A DNA stretch of 64,000 bases, from the NCBI RefSeq assembly GCF_947568905.1, contig NC_079169.1, positions 90,954,001 through 91,018,000 on the forward strand, read 5' to 3'. Position 1 is the first letter of the stretch. Each line of letters begins with the position of its first letter. Below, piece after piece: positions 51,819 to 63,000 of this stretch. The notes beneath the pieces were generated by a model. It was not told the origin of the DNA, made no database searches, and saw only the letters and a list, made by a program, of their open reading frames with translations. This stretch comes from Ostrea edulis (taxonomy: Eukaryota). Position numbers and translations under genes: made by a program.

Positions 51819-53681
51819 TTATTTGATTGTAATAAATGTGCGGTAGAGACGGCCATTAGAAGTCCCGATCCACAGCTTGTTATCATCGACACACAGCGCC
51901 CAAGGGGAGAAAAATCTTTCTAAGTCGTTCTCAATGAAACGGATGAATTTTCCAGTTCCGTCTACGACATGTATGACGTTGTTTCGAGCATCCGATATGT
52001 AGACATTGTTATTTTTATCACACGCCAATCCTTGAGCCGCCATAAGTCTAGGATATTTGGGAGAGACGTGTCCTCTATAGGAACAAATCTCTTCACCATC
52101 TTTCTTCATCCAAATTACTCTGTCGTCAATGTCTATGAAATCTATAACGACGATGTCGCCTTTACTATTCTCTAAAGCTCTATAGGGTCTGTTTAACGTT
52201 CGCTTTCCTTTAAAATATTCCACCTTCTTCAGAATTCGTCCAGTAAAGGATAGAATGTAAATAGCACGGGTGCTGTCTTCCGTTGTCTCCAGCTCATCAC
52301 TCTCCACGACAGACACTAGAATGGATCCGTTTGAAGTCTTCCATAAGCTGATTGGGAACAAAGGAGATAAATCCGTAAAAGTCGCAATCTTGCCGTTGTG
52401 ATTGGCGATTTTGATAGCACCCGTATTCACAAAAGTTATCAAAGTGCTTTTCGTATCGTAGCAGCAAATATCTGTGACGTACTTATCAAACTCCACAGGT
52501 TCATTGACGTCAAGTTTCCGGCCTTGTTTGATAAAGATCTTCTGAATCCCTTTGGCTGTATATGAATCTCGTACAGTGATAGATTGGTCAGTGCCAACAG
52601 ACAGACAACTTATGCCGACCTTGTACAGGTTGTATCTATCCATTTCATCGTTTGGGATCTTTGGTAAGTTGCTTTTTGGTCTAACTGGTTCCTCGATTGT
52701 ATCCGCCTTCTCTTCTACATCTTCATCTTTGACAATGCTTGTACAAATCATTTTACCAAGAAGAGATCTATTGATATGCCCTTTCGCAAATTCAATCGGA
52801 AGAACTTTGGGCTCCTTTGGCAATATCATTCCTTCATTTAAATGAAGCAGTTTTTCTTTGGCCTGGTAAACCTGATAAACAGATGCATGTAAATTATTTT
52901 CACACAAAGAAATAGCTTCGTTAACAATGGCTAATGCCTCATGAATCTGTTTTTGCGTTTTGTCTATTTCTGATTCGTTCTTAGTGTGAAGACTCTTAAA
53001 GTCGTCGGCAATGCCGTCCGCTACATTCTTGACGTCTGTAATAAGCTTTTCTACGTGTTCGTTCAATTCAGCGTAAGCATCATTCAGTCCAATCTCAGAA
53101 GCCTTTCTTCTAGAAGTACAGTTTTGAAGCAATGCCTTCAACTCCAAAAGATGAGTTTTCTTGACTTCCGACACCTCTTGTAGTAAATGGAGTTTTTCGG
53201 TTTTTATGTACATTTCTAACTTGATCAAGTCATGCGTTTTATGTGTGCCCAATATACAATCACTACAAATTGGTTTTGAGCATGTGTTGCAGTGAAAGAG
53301 CAAAACCTCGTCATGGTCCTTGCAGGTTTCTCTTATCCTTGAACTTGTTATGGAACTCCCTACACTTGGCGAGCGGTTGGTAGGAGGTCCCGGATGAAAC
53401 GCTGGCGAACTTGAATGTTTTGGTTTCAGGTCATTAGTACCTTTGCCGAAGGTTCGTACTTCTACAATCACGTGAGCTTTCGTCGATTTGCTCTTTGAGT
53501 GCAAAAATTTGCAGTTGTAACACAAAATCTTCTTACAATTCGTACAATTCCATTTCATTTTGATGTTGCGTTGACAGTTTTCACAATGTTGAGATATCTT
53601 CGAGTTGCTTACAATACTTTTCTCTAAACTCACACTGTCTTCTTGTGAATCCATATTGATATGACGATAAGCTAGTCTCAT
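51819..53681 (-). CDS. RING-less TRIM-like protein: B-box1, B-box2, coiled coil, NHL beta-propeller
   Basis: Uninterrupted ORF of about 1.9 kb; ATG at 53681 (or 53654). CENC...CTNC...CYNC..LH...KAH; CKDH...CNTC...CSDC..GTHKTH; helical linker; NHL-like repeats (AQGLACDKNNNVYISD, SPWALCVD). Confidence 0.9.
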   Translation of the reverse strand: MRLAYRHINMDSQEDSVSLEKSIVSNSKISQHCENCQRNIKMKWNCTNCKKILCYNCKFLHSKSKSTKAHVIVEVRTFGKGTNDLKPKHSSSPAFHPGPPTNRSPSVGSSITSSRIRETCKDHDEVLLFHCNTCSKPICSDCILGTHKTHDLIKLEMYIKTEKLHLLQEVSEVKKTHLLELKALLQNCTSRRKASEIGLNDAYAELNEHVEKLITDVKNVADGIADDFKSLHTKNESEIDKTQKQIHEALAIVNEAISLCENNLHASVYQVYQAKEKLLHLNEGMILPKEPKVLPIEFAKGHINRSLLGKMICTSIVKDEDVEEKADTIEEPVRPKSNLPKIPNDEMDRYNLYKVGISCLSVGTDQSITVRDSYTAKGIQKIFIKQGRKLDVNEPVEFDKYVTDICCYDTKSTLITFVNTGAIKIANHNGKIATFTDLSPLFPISLWKTSNGSILVSVVESDELETTEDSTRAIYILSFTGRILKKVEYFKGKRTLNRPYRALENSKGDIVVIDFIDIDDRVIWMKKDGEEICSYRGHVSPKYPRLMAAQGLACDKNNNVYISDARNNVIHVVDGTGKFIRFIENDLERFFSPWALCVDDNKLWIGTSNGRLYRTFITIK

Positions 53682-53957
53682 GAATGACGAGTTTCCATTC
53701 ACCCTTACACTTTTCAATATCACCCTGAAAACTGTATTATACGTTACCAACAAGCTGTCTCGGAGTTTATATTCGTCGTTAACTAGGTGCCGGTGTAAGG
53801 TTTCCTTGTCCTTTTGTTTTTAATCACGAGCTCCCGAAAGTCTGTGTTTTACAGTCAATGGTCATGAAATGTAGGTAAAATTAAAACTTTTTTAAAATCC
53901 TCGATTGTGTGTACTTATAAAAATGTGTCTTCTTAAATATTGATTCAACGATTCATT

Positions 53958-55730
53958 ATGGCAGGAAAAATACCGAAATCTCCAGAAACTAAATCCCCAG
54001 TCTGCAAATGCGACTTATGTCTGAGATTCCACAATATAAGTTCCAGTTGGACATGTTTAGACTGTGAAGAAACACTGTGCGACTCGTGTAAGGCAACTCA
54101 TCAGAGAGGAAAGGCAACGAGAACTCACAAGATTGTGACAACGAAAGAGGTCAGGGATGCGCGGGAGCGCGGGGTCAGAGCGAAAACCAGAAATAAAGGT
54201 GGAAGGGGCCCGATTTGTGATCAACATAAAGAAGAAGAATATCAGTTTCATTGCAACACTTGCTACCAACCCATTTGTGCCAGTTGTGTGGTTGGTCCGC
54301 ACAAGCTTCATGATTTTTTAAAATTAGAAGATTTTATAGAAAATGGAAAAGAAAAGATATTCAAGGATATTATAAATCTGAAGGAAGAATCCATACCCTT
54401 GTTGAAGGAGAATTCTAATATTTGCATGCAGAGGCACTGTGAATCGGAGAGAGAACTGGCAGATGCTTTGGCTATTTTGAACAGCATTTCAAACAAGGTT
54501 GAGAATGAAGCACGTAGACTAACAGGGAATATAACAGATGAACTGAAATCCGTTCACAATCAAAATGAAACAAACATCATGAATTCAAAACGTGCTTTTG
54601 ACTCGGTCACAAAATCGGTGATAGATGCTGTGAAAAAATGCGAAGACGGACCAATGGGTTCTTTTAAATACATCTATGAATCCAACGAGAGGCTTGAAAA
54701 TGCACGAGCTTTATTGCAAACTCCCAAACTTCCTCATGTGAATCATATTGCTTTCTACAAAGGTGAAGTAGAGGCGAAAACTCTGCAGAAGATGATTGGA
54801 ATTGGGTCAAAGACGTATGAGACTGAGGTTGTAGATATGACGAAGCTGTATGAAAGCTCGTCCGAGAGCTTTAACGGATATCAGATCTGTAGGACTGGGA
54901 TAAGCGCAGTTTCCATGGTAAACGACAATACAGCGATGATTCGTGATCCCGGGACTGCTCAAGGAATTCAACGTGTGAAAATTAATGACGGTCTAAAACT
55001 TGTCATCTCTGAATCTATAAATTTGCCACATGTTGTGAATGACTTGTGTTCGTTTAACCAAAAGGTGACTCTCGTCACTTTCGTAGGAAAGAGTTCTATT
55101 AAAATGGTGCACTCCGACGGAAGGATAACGACATTTACCGATTTGAACCCTTTGTTTCCAATTGGTCTCAGTAAATCAACTAATGGGGAGATTCTTGTCA
55201 CTGTAGTTGAAAGTGACATCAGCAAAATCACTGAGAAGAGCTCGCGTGCAGTATATACCTTATCTTATTCCGGCCGCATTCTCAAGAAAATAGAGTTTTA
55301 CAAGGGCAACAGAATTTTCTCAAGACCGTACAAGATAATTGAAAATCGTCTTCACGGAGATCTCGTGGTAATTGATTTCTTGGAAGTTTCTGATCGTGTC
55401 GTCTGCTTGAATCGAGATGGCAAAGAAAATTTCTCCTACACCGGAAATATCTGTCCCAAGTACCCAAGGCTGTTGGCTGCCCAAGGTATTGCATGCGATA
55501 AAGACAGCAACGTGTTCATTTCTGATGCCAGAAATTACGTCATTCATGTTGTAAGCCCAGAGGGAAATTTCCTAAAATTTGTGGAAAATGAAATGGAGCG
55601 ATTCTACTCCCCGTGGGCTTTGGCAGTGGACGAGAAGAATCGCCTTTGGGTTGGTAGTTCGAACGGAAATATGTACCTCATGAATCTGGACGATGCTTTC
55701 AAGAATCAATCCGAGAACAATTACAATTGA
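53958..55730 (+). CDS. RING-less TRIM-like protein: B-box1, B-box2, coiled coil, NHL beta-propeller (paralog of the divergent neighbour)
   Basis: Uninterrupted ORF from ATG 53958 (590 aa). CDLC...CLDC...CDSC..TH...RTH; CDQH...CNTC...CASC..GPHKLH; NHL-like repeats (AQGIACDKDSNVFISD, SPWALAVD). Confidence 0.92.
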   Translation: MAGKIPKSPETKSPVCKCDLCLRFHNISSSWTCLDCEETLCDSCKATHQRGKATRTHKIVTTKEVRDARERGVRAKTRNKGGRGPICDQHKEEEYQFHCNTCYQPICASCVVGPHKLHDFLKLEDFIENGKEKIFKDIINLKEESIPLLKENSNICMQRHCESERELADALAILNSISNKVENEARRLTGNITDELKSVHNQNETNIMNSKRAFDSVTKSVIDAVKKCEDGPMGSFKYIYESNERLENARALLQTPKLPHVNHIAFYKGEVEAKTLQKMIGIGSKTYETEVVDMTKLYESSSESFNGYQICRTGISAVSMVNDNTAMIRDPGTAQGIQRVKINDGLKLVISESINLPHVVNDLCSFNQKVTLVTFVGKSSIKMVHSDGRITTFTDLNPLFPIGLSKSTNGEILVTVVESDISKITEKSSRAVYTLSYSGRILKKIEFYKGNRIFSRPYKIIENRLHGDLVVIDFLEVSDRVVCLNRDGKENFSYTGNICPKYPRLLAAQGIACDKDSNVFISDARNYVIHVVSPEGNFLKFVENEMERFYSPWALAVDEKNRLWVGSSNGNMYLMNLDDAFKNQSENNYN

Positions 55731-56786
55731 TCATCGTCATAGAAATGAGTTCAGAAGTTTGGCGTATAGACGCCTGTTGTTAAATTCTATACATGCACTT
55801 CTTTATTCCAGTCTACTTGGGTGATGCTACATGTATGTTACCTTTAATTTTTGCTACGATTGCACGACAGGCTCTCAACGTTTAAAAAATTGTCTTCCTG
55901 TAAACAAACTATCGATTGCTTAGAAAAAGACGTTTCTTTCATTATAGATATTTAAAACGTTGAGAGCCTGTGGATTATACATGCACTTTGTGGATTGTTG
56001 AATTGTTATACATGTATTTCATATTTATATTCCTTGCTACTTTGCGGTTTTCGAAAATTGTAGCAAATTGAATGACTTGATAAAAGTCAAATTGTAATTT
56101 AAAATTCAACATGTATTAACTTCAATGCAGAAAGAAACTGAAACGGTGCGTTTTATTTCTCTCCATCATTTTCAAATATTATATAATTTATAAAGTAGAG
56201 AAAGCCTAATCATGCAGGTCATCAGCCTAAATAAGATTTGTTTTCACAAACGACCAGGAGGTTCCAATCTTCGAAGTCAAAGGTTTACTTCTCGCACAAA
56301 ATAATGGCAGATTTCATTTGTTCCAAACATGAGCCTTGGAAATCAATAAAAATTATGCTTATATACCGAAAATATGACATGTTAACAGAAGTTTGTCCAG
56401 TAATGAGTTCGTGAGAGTTAGTTACCACTAGAATTAGAAGTATTTTGCATATCACCTAATCATTGAAAACGCTATCCGTAGAACTCAAAATCAAATTAAG
56501 GGAGTGCTTCAGCTTAATATGTGTATTTCCTTGATTTACGAATATGTAGGATTCGTCTTGTAATTCTGAATGAAAATTAAAACCAATTTACTCAAGTTTA
56601 TACAAAAATAAAAGGTTATTTTAAACCACACCTTCGCTGAAAATATCATTTGAAAGTTCGTGCAAAACCACGAATATTTCTTTGTACCGGTTTCTCAAAT
56701 ATGATTTTCAAAGATTTGATTTGCTTGCTCATGACTAAACTCGTGTGATACATGTAGGTAGTCTGGTCCTCTCCCCCACCACTTTG

Positions 56787-57722
56787 TTTTAAACGCGCGT
56801 CAAAGACGGGGCGTTTTATGGTATGGCGTTTTCCGTTTGTCCGGACCTTGTAGGCAAGATGCAGAATGAACCGTAAGTTCAAGGATCTTACAACTTGGTA
56901 CATTTGATCACCATGATGAGTGGAAGATACCTATTGTTTTTCAAGGTCAAGGTCGTAGTATCAGTTAATAGGAAAACGATGTAGACAGAATACGGTTCTA
57001 ACTATCAGGGTTAGGACTGTCAAACTTGGTACACATACTCCTCATGCCAAGTGGAGGATACCTTATGTACTATAGGTTAAAGGTTCAATGACGTAGTATC
57101 ACTTAGTAGGAAAACCTTGTAGACAGGATACAGACCGAACCGTTGAGGCTAGGACCGTCAAACATGGTACACATCAATCTAATTAGAATTAGATTTTCCA
57201 TCCGCTCACCGGTTTTCGATACGTCCCGTGTTACACACGACGTACCGAAAACCGGGGAGCGGATGGAAGATCTAATTTTAATAAGATTGGGTACACATAC
57301 ACCTTATGCCAAGCAGAGGATGCCTATTGTTTCTCAAGGTCAAAAGTCAAGGTCGTAGTATCACTTAGTAGAAAAACCTTATTTTCCCCTGAAACTTAGT
57401 CGCAAGCTTCCTCTCGATGGAATACAAGTTCTGTTTGCATTTCAGCTGGATTGGTGCACTGTGGCCTACTGTAAGGGTAAAAGTAGGTCAGACAGTTTTC
57501 CATTTCTTTTTTTTCACTATGAATACAGGTATTGCCCTGACATTTTGTCACAACCTCCCTCTCAGAGAAATACGTAATCAATTCACATGTAAGACAGATT
57601 GGTGCACCATGACCTACTTTAAGGCTTTTCTATTCGAAATGTGAATGATATCAATTCAGAGTGTATAATGTGCTTATACAGGTCCAGCGGGCGTATGTTG
57701 CACCGTTTGCAGTATTATTGTT
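56787..57722 (+). mobile_element. Helentron-type non-autonomous element with satellite-like internal repeats
   Basis: 5' AAACGCGCGTC..GACGGGGCGTTT hairpin and GTCC remnant; diverged 130-140 bp monomers (CTTGGTACA, CCTATTGTTT, TCAAGGTCA); 3' GCGGGCGTAT, hairpin and TTGTT. Confidence 0.75.
57175..57289. mobile_element. 115-bp foldback MITE with 9-bp TSD
   Basis: Almost fully palindromic; CAATCTAATTAGAATTAGAT ... ATCTAATTTTAATAAGATTG; GGTACACAT on both sides. Confidence 0.88.
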
Positions 57723-58489
57723 GCCCTTCGTTATTCAGTCCCCAGAACGAACTGTAAAATGGAGTGGCGGGGGCGAGGATCAGATTATCGTTATAGGATG
57801 CTGTTGAACACACCATGTATTGCTTTTACTAGTAATCATCGATATCGAACCGGCCAGAGGTAGGTCGGGCGAATTAGTTGATCCCGAAAGGTACCTAAAA
57901 AGTGACGTTTCTGCTTGGCAATTCCAATTGTTACAAAGTTTGGGATGGATGTTCTCAAAATGGACCTGCATGGGAGGAAACCAAGACACATATTCCACTA
58001 AACAAATGTAACATCCCTCCCTCCCAGGGGTGTAGCAAAAATCATATGATATGGGGATCTGAGTGAGTAAAAAGTTTAATGTACGAATTTTTTAATCGTA
58101 TTCTCTGTATAGTTATGTAAGTGAATATTGGGCTGGTAGCCGCATCATTCCGGAATTTAAGTGAAGAGTGTGGTACCATGGTTTTCGATCCAACTTCAAA
58201 GCCACGCAATAGTTAACTGCGTGTGAGTGCGCGTGCGCGTGTGTGTTAACTCCAAAATATGGAGGCATATTTCATTGTGTCGACTCGTCAGCTGAGTTAA
58301 TATATTATGTCGATTTGTCGGATGATTTTGTTCACTTGAGAAATATTACAAAAATATAAAAAGTAACTGAAAATGTTTTCACGCCCAAAATGTGCCAGCA
58401 GATTAACAACGTGCACCATAACGATCTGAGAAGTCTGCATAATTAATATTCTAACAATTCGACATACTATTTTGACAAGTCAACATAAT

Positions 58490-58899
58490 CAGGGACGGAT
58501 CCAGGAATTGCGGTTAGGGGACGCAACTTTATGAGGCTGGGGGCCCAGAGGGCAAAGCCCCCGGTTCCAAGCTCCTAGATTTTACAGGGCTTGAAATATG
58601 TTTCCTATGCAGTCATTTTTACTATTTTCTGTCATTTTTAATGAGGTGAAATTAATAAAATGACACAAAATTTAAGGGTTTTTTGGAAAAAATGTATTTT
58701 AAAAAAAAAATAAATCTCCAAATAAAAGTGATTTGTTAAATCAAAAGATTTTGTCGTTTATTTCTCCGAGAGTGGAATAATATATTGCTTCTTTTATCGT
58801 TTACATTTTTCTAAGCAAGAGACCACGATTTACCTTAAATTTGAGAATTTTAGGGAGTGGGGGTTGGCGCCGGCTGCGCCCCCCTTAAATCCGTCACTG
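58490..58899. mobile_element. Nested MITE with 5-bp TSD
   Basis: CAGGGACGGATCCAGG ... TTAAATCCGTCACTG; ATAAT on both sides. Confidence 0.8.
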
Positions 58900-59089
58900 A
58901 TAATGATCTGAAAACCCTAATCAAGATCATTTTATCGACTTAGCAGTTCTTTTCGACGATTTGTCAGATGATTCTCTTACATTTTCAAATAATTATGTTG
59001 ACTTGTCAGACTGTGATATTGACTTGTTATGTATCAAGATGAAAAGTAGATGTCACCAAATGCCATGTATATTTAAAGATATGAGAAAA

Positions 59090-59786
59090 CATAGTCGGAT
59101 CAAGAAATTGTGAGGAGGGGGGGGGGGGCTAGAACTTGATCTTTAGGTATTTTTCACAACCTCCGCCCCTACCCCATTTACACCCTTTGCTTGTGTATAT
59201 AATATCATAGGGGGAGATTTTGAGATAGTTTTATACATGAAAATGTTTTGTATATTGACAACTAATTTTCAAAGTTCTAGTGATTCTATAATCGCCATAC
59301 TCACATCTGATTTCGAATTGATATAAGAAATAATAGAAGTTGACTTAAAAGTTACTCCCAAGAGGCCGGGGTCTAATGTAGTCCGAAATATCTTACGTTT
59401 TTCTGGCACAGTTAATATCAAAATCATAAAAAAGGCAGGAAAACGTCAGACATTTCGGACTACGTTTTCCTGGCACGATAAATATCAAAATCATTAAAAA
59501 AGCTAGAAAAACGTCAGATATTTCGGACTGGGGTAAACGGTGTCGTCTTATTTATCCTAGAATTAAATGATACACTGGTGTTGATAAATCTGAATAATGC
59601 AATTCTTCTTCTTCGTCGTCCAATAATCTGCATACCACCTCTGGTGTATTGTCGCAGATGACTCTTTACTAGTTACATGTAAGTATCCACCTTTCATATC
59701 ATTTTGACTAAAAAAAACTCGTTAAAATTTAATAAATCTTAAACTTTTTGGTCCGCAAAGGGGGTGTGTGTCTGGATCCGTCCTTG
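59090..59786. mobile_element. Nested MITE with 5-bp TSD
   Basis: CATAGTCGGATCAAGA ... TCTGGATCCGTCCTTG; GAAAA on both sides. Confidence 0.72.
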
Positions 59787-60041
59787 GAAAATATGAATAG
59801 GAATTTCCCCTACACGACATAATCATCTGACAAGTCGACATAATCATTGACAAGTCGACATAATTATTTGACAAGTCGACAAAATTATCTGACAAGTTAT
59901 TTCAGAAATATGCCTCCATACCAATAACCTCGAGTCACTCACATGACAGTGTGTAAAATTAGGTTGTGTTATGACGTGTACAGGGTTCCATACGTCGTGT
60001 CAGTTGGTCCTGTGTTGGTTCGGGCGGAGTACCAGTTTAGA

Positions 60042-63000
60042 ATGGCTCGTGTCGTGATGTTTTCATGCAGCATCAGGGTACCAGATGTAAGTAATACAAA
60101 CTTATCTTGCAGAGACTATTGTCAGGAGGAATTTGGAAATTCGTTTGAAATTTTTTTGGCTTGTCACTTTTATATATGATATTTATATGAGAAGAATTAA
60201 CAGTTGAAACACTGTTTCATAATTTAAACTTAGAATTTGCAAATAGATTTAGATCTTTGTAGAATCTAACAATGGAGCACAACCTGATTTTATGATGTAA
60301 GCGGCCCATAGAAAATTGTAATGTGATTTGAAAACTGAACGTATAGAAACTATGATCTTTTGATTACATAAATGGATTTCTTACACCATATGCTTGGAGA
60401 ATCCGTAAAGGGGGCTAACTCGTACTACATCTGAAACAGGCATGAACCAGACCCTGTATGATTGACAGCTAACGTTTAGGCCTAGACAGTAGTAGAATAA
60501 ATAATTCATTTAAACAACGGAATGTAGGGCACACCAGATATATATAACTCTGGTCACATGACTTTATAGTAAATAAATAAAGGTTAGAGACAACATCATA
60601 AACTAAAATTCTTGGAAATATTTTTTTCCAGTCATTAGAACCTAGCTTTTGTAACATGCTTTTTTATGTAGAGGAGAGTAAACATAGGCACTAGAACTGC
60701 CCCACTGCCCTAATTTTTCGACTAAAACAATTGTGTATACACTGCAGAATCGTAGCTGGGCTCCTGCCAATGTTTTCTTGTTCACCAAATAAAATAAATT
60801 GCTGCAGTAAAAGCACCCTGCAATATATGACCTAGGAGCTACCGTGAGATTTGCCCATGGACATGGTGACATGGGTCCACATAGAGCCCCTGTCTTGTTT
60901 TCATGATTTGTTCTTCCCTTTTAGTTTGCTTTTGACACCTTTGACAAAATAATAGATAAATTTGGGGAAAAAAATTGGTTATACAATTTGTAGTCTTGGA
61001 CTCTAGGTATTTAAATCCAATTAGGTTCATAGTTTGGGACATGGTTGAGAGTGTACATAGTTCACAAAGCATTTGAAACTGCAGTTAAAATCTCAAATGG
61101 GAGACTAAGGCGCTGTGAAATGGAGGGTGGCATGCAACAAGATAATGGGCACCGACTATATGGTTAGGAAAGGCATACAAGTGGGCAAATGAGTGCATAT
61201 AGTCGCATACACCATATGGGGAAAAAAGTAGAACATTAATGTTGACACTGACTATAGGAGGAGAGAGACTGACATGAGATGATAGTAACTCACTGCAGGG
61301 ATTTTCCACACCATTTTGGGAATAGGGCCTGGGCCTTTAAAATTGGGAATTTTAACGGCATTTTGTCCAAATTGGGAATTTTAGAAATTCACAGTTTTAC
61401 AACATATTTCTTAAAATACGCCTTTTTTCAATAAAAAGATGGAACATTTTCTCTTCATTCATGGAAGTTTTTCTTTTCTTAACATTCTGTTTTTCATTGC
61501 AATCAGGGTTAAATGACACTTAAAACTATTTTTCAATGGTGCATGGACTGACGGAACACCAGCTTTCAAATTTCAGACTGACCTAGCTTCTAGTTCTCAG
61601 ATGGTTCTTCAAAAATGTCAGGTAGAGAAAATAGACAGCATTTCCCACATTTTACTTGCATCAATACTAATAATATTGTGTATTTATACTTTTGAATACT
61701 AGATGAAATTTTTTTCAATAAAAAAAAAATCAATGGAAATATTACTGTAAAGTAAGGAAATTAAATAAAAGTTGAATTAAATTTAGATTTAATCATGGAG
61801 TTTGAATACATATTGTATTACTCTGAAATTTAATTGACATAAACAGCACAACCATACATAAATTATTTTTTTAAATCATGATCCAAGTTCATCATGAAAC
61901 TCTCTGTGATACTATCTATGCCAATACACTTGTTCAATATTTCTAAATGTACATATGTTAATATTAATGATAAAAGTAAGCTAAATTGAACTAATGCTGC
62001 TTTATACAATATCATCATTTCTGGTGATTAGACTATCCAAACGAAGTGTGCTGCTTCAAAGATTAAAAAAATTATTTTCACACACAAAGTACACTGAAAA
62101 TACATTCTAAATATATATGATATTTACCCAATAACTGTCAGATAGGTTAAGGAAGTGGGTACACAATAAGTGAAGCGACAATATAGCACATATTAATCTA
62201 AGAGAAAAATGGAGGAAATTCGGATTTATCGAACAGTTGCCGATATTTCTAGAGTGTTTTATAAAATGAACTATGATGGTAGTGCTGTTGAATTATTTTT
62301 ATGGAGAAAATTTGAAGACAATAAAATCAACATGTATTTTTGAAAGAAAATGAACAATCGAGTTAATTACTGCACTTAAAACAAGTGTACCGACGGACGA
62401 AAATTTCAGCTAGACCTTCCGAACTTTTGGTGGTCTCGGGCCTCTGGTCCACAATTTGTGTCAAACCAATAAATATATTTTTTTCATTTGATGACTCTTT
62501 CTTTGAATCACATTCCACTTTCCCCATGACAATATTGCAAAACAAGACAATTTTTTATTTGACTTTAATTGAGAAATTTTGCAGACAAATTGGGAAAAAA
62601 TACTACTATTTTGCATTGGGAATGGGGCCGAATTTCGGCCCCCTACAATAGGGTAGAAAATCCCTGCACTGCCATCACCCAGTGGAAGGGGGACAATTTT
62701 CTCCTGTAATCCCCCTTCCATTTGAGCTTTGCTCCTTAGAGACTGTCTTTAATCCACTTTAAATTTATTTTGACGACCTCATCTCAAACTTATTGAATAC
62801 CCTGTACTGGATGTTACAGGACATGGCTGTGGACAGTAGTTATTGGGGAGGAAAACTGGACATGGTAGTGGACATTAATTATTGGGGAGGAAAACTGGAC
62901 ATGTAAAGTGGACATTAGTTATTGGGGAGGAAAACTGGACATGGTAGTTGCACTGGGTATGAGAGTAGAAATGGGTAACAAGGTAATGCTGCATACAAGG

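Larger units (their letters stand above)
58258..59920. mobile_element. TIR element (TATGG..., 6-bp TSD) with about 20-bp subterminal repeats and two nested MITEs
   Basis: Perfect 16-bp TIR TATGGAGGCATATTTC; flanks CCAAAA / CCAATA; (TGACAAGTCGACATAAT)-type repeats in both orientations. Confidence 0.8.

Noticed and set aside
51969-55547. Antisense ORFs overlapping the two B-box/NHL genes
   Set aside because: Shadow frames of real coding sequence.
55868-55970. Inverted repeat CAGGCTCTCAACGTTT...AAACGTTGAGAGCCTG after the plus B-box/NHL stop
   Set aside because: Probably a small MITE, but there is no TSD or second copy in the window to support a call; not a prokaryote-style terminator.
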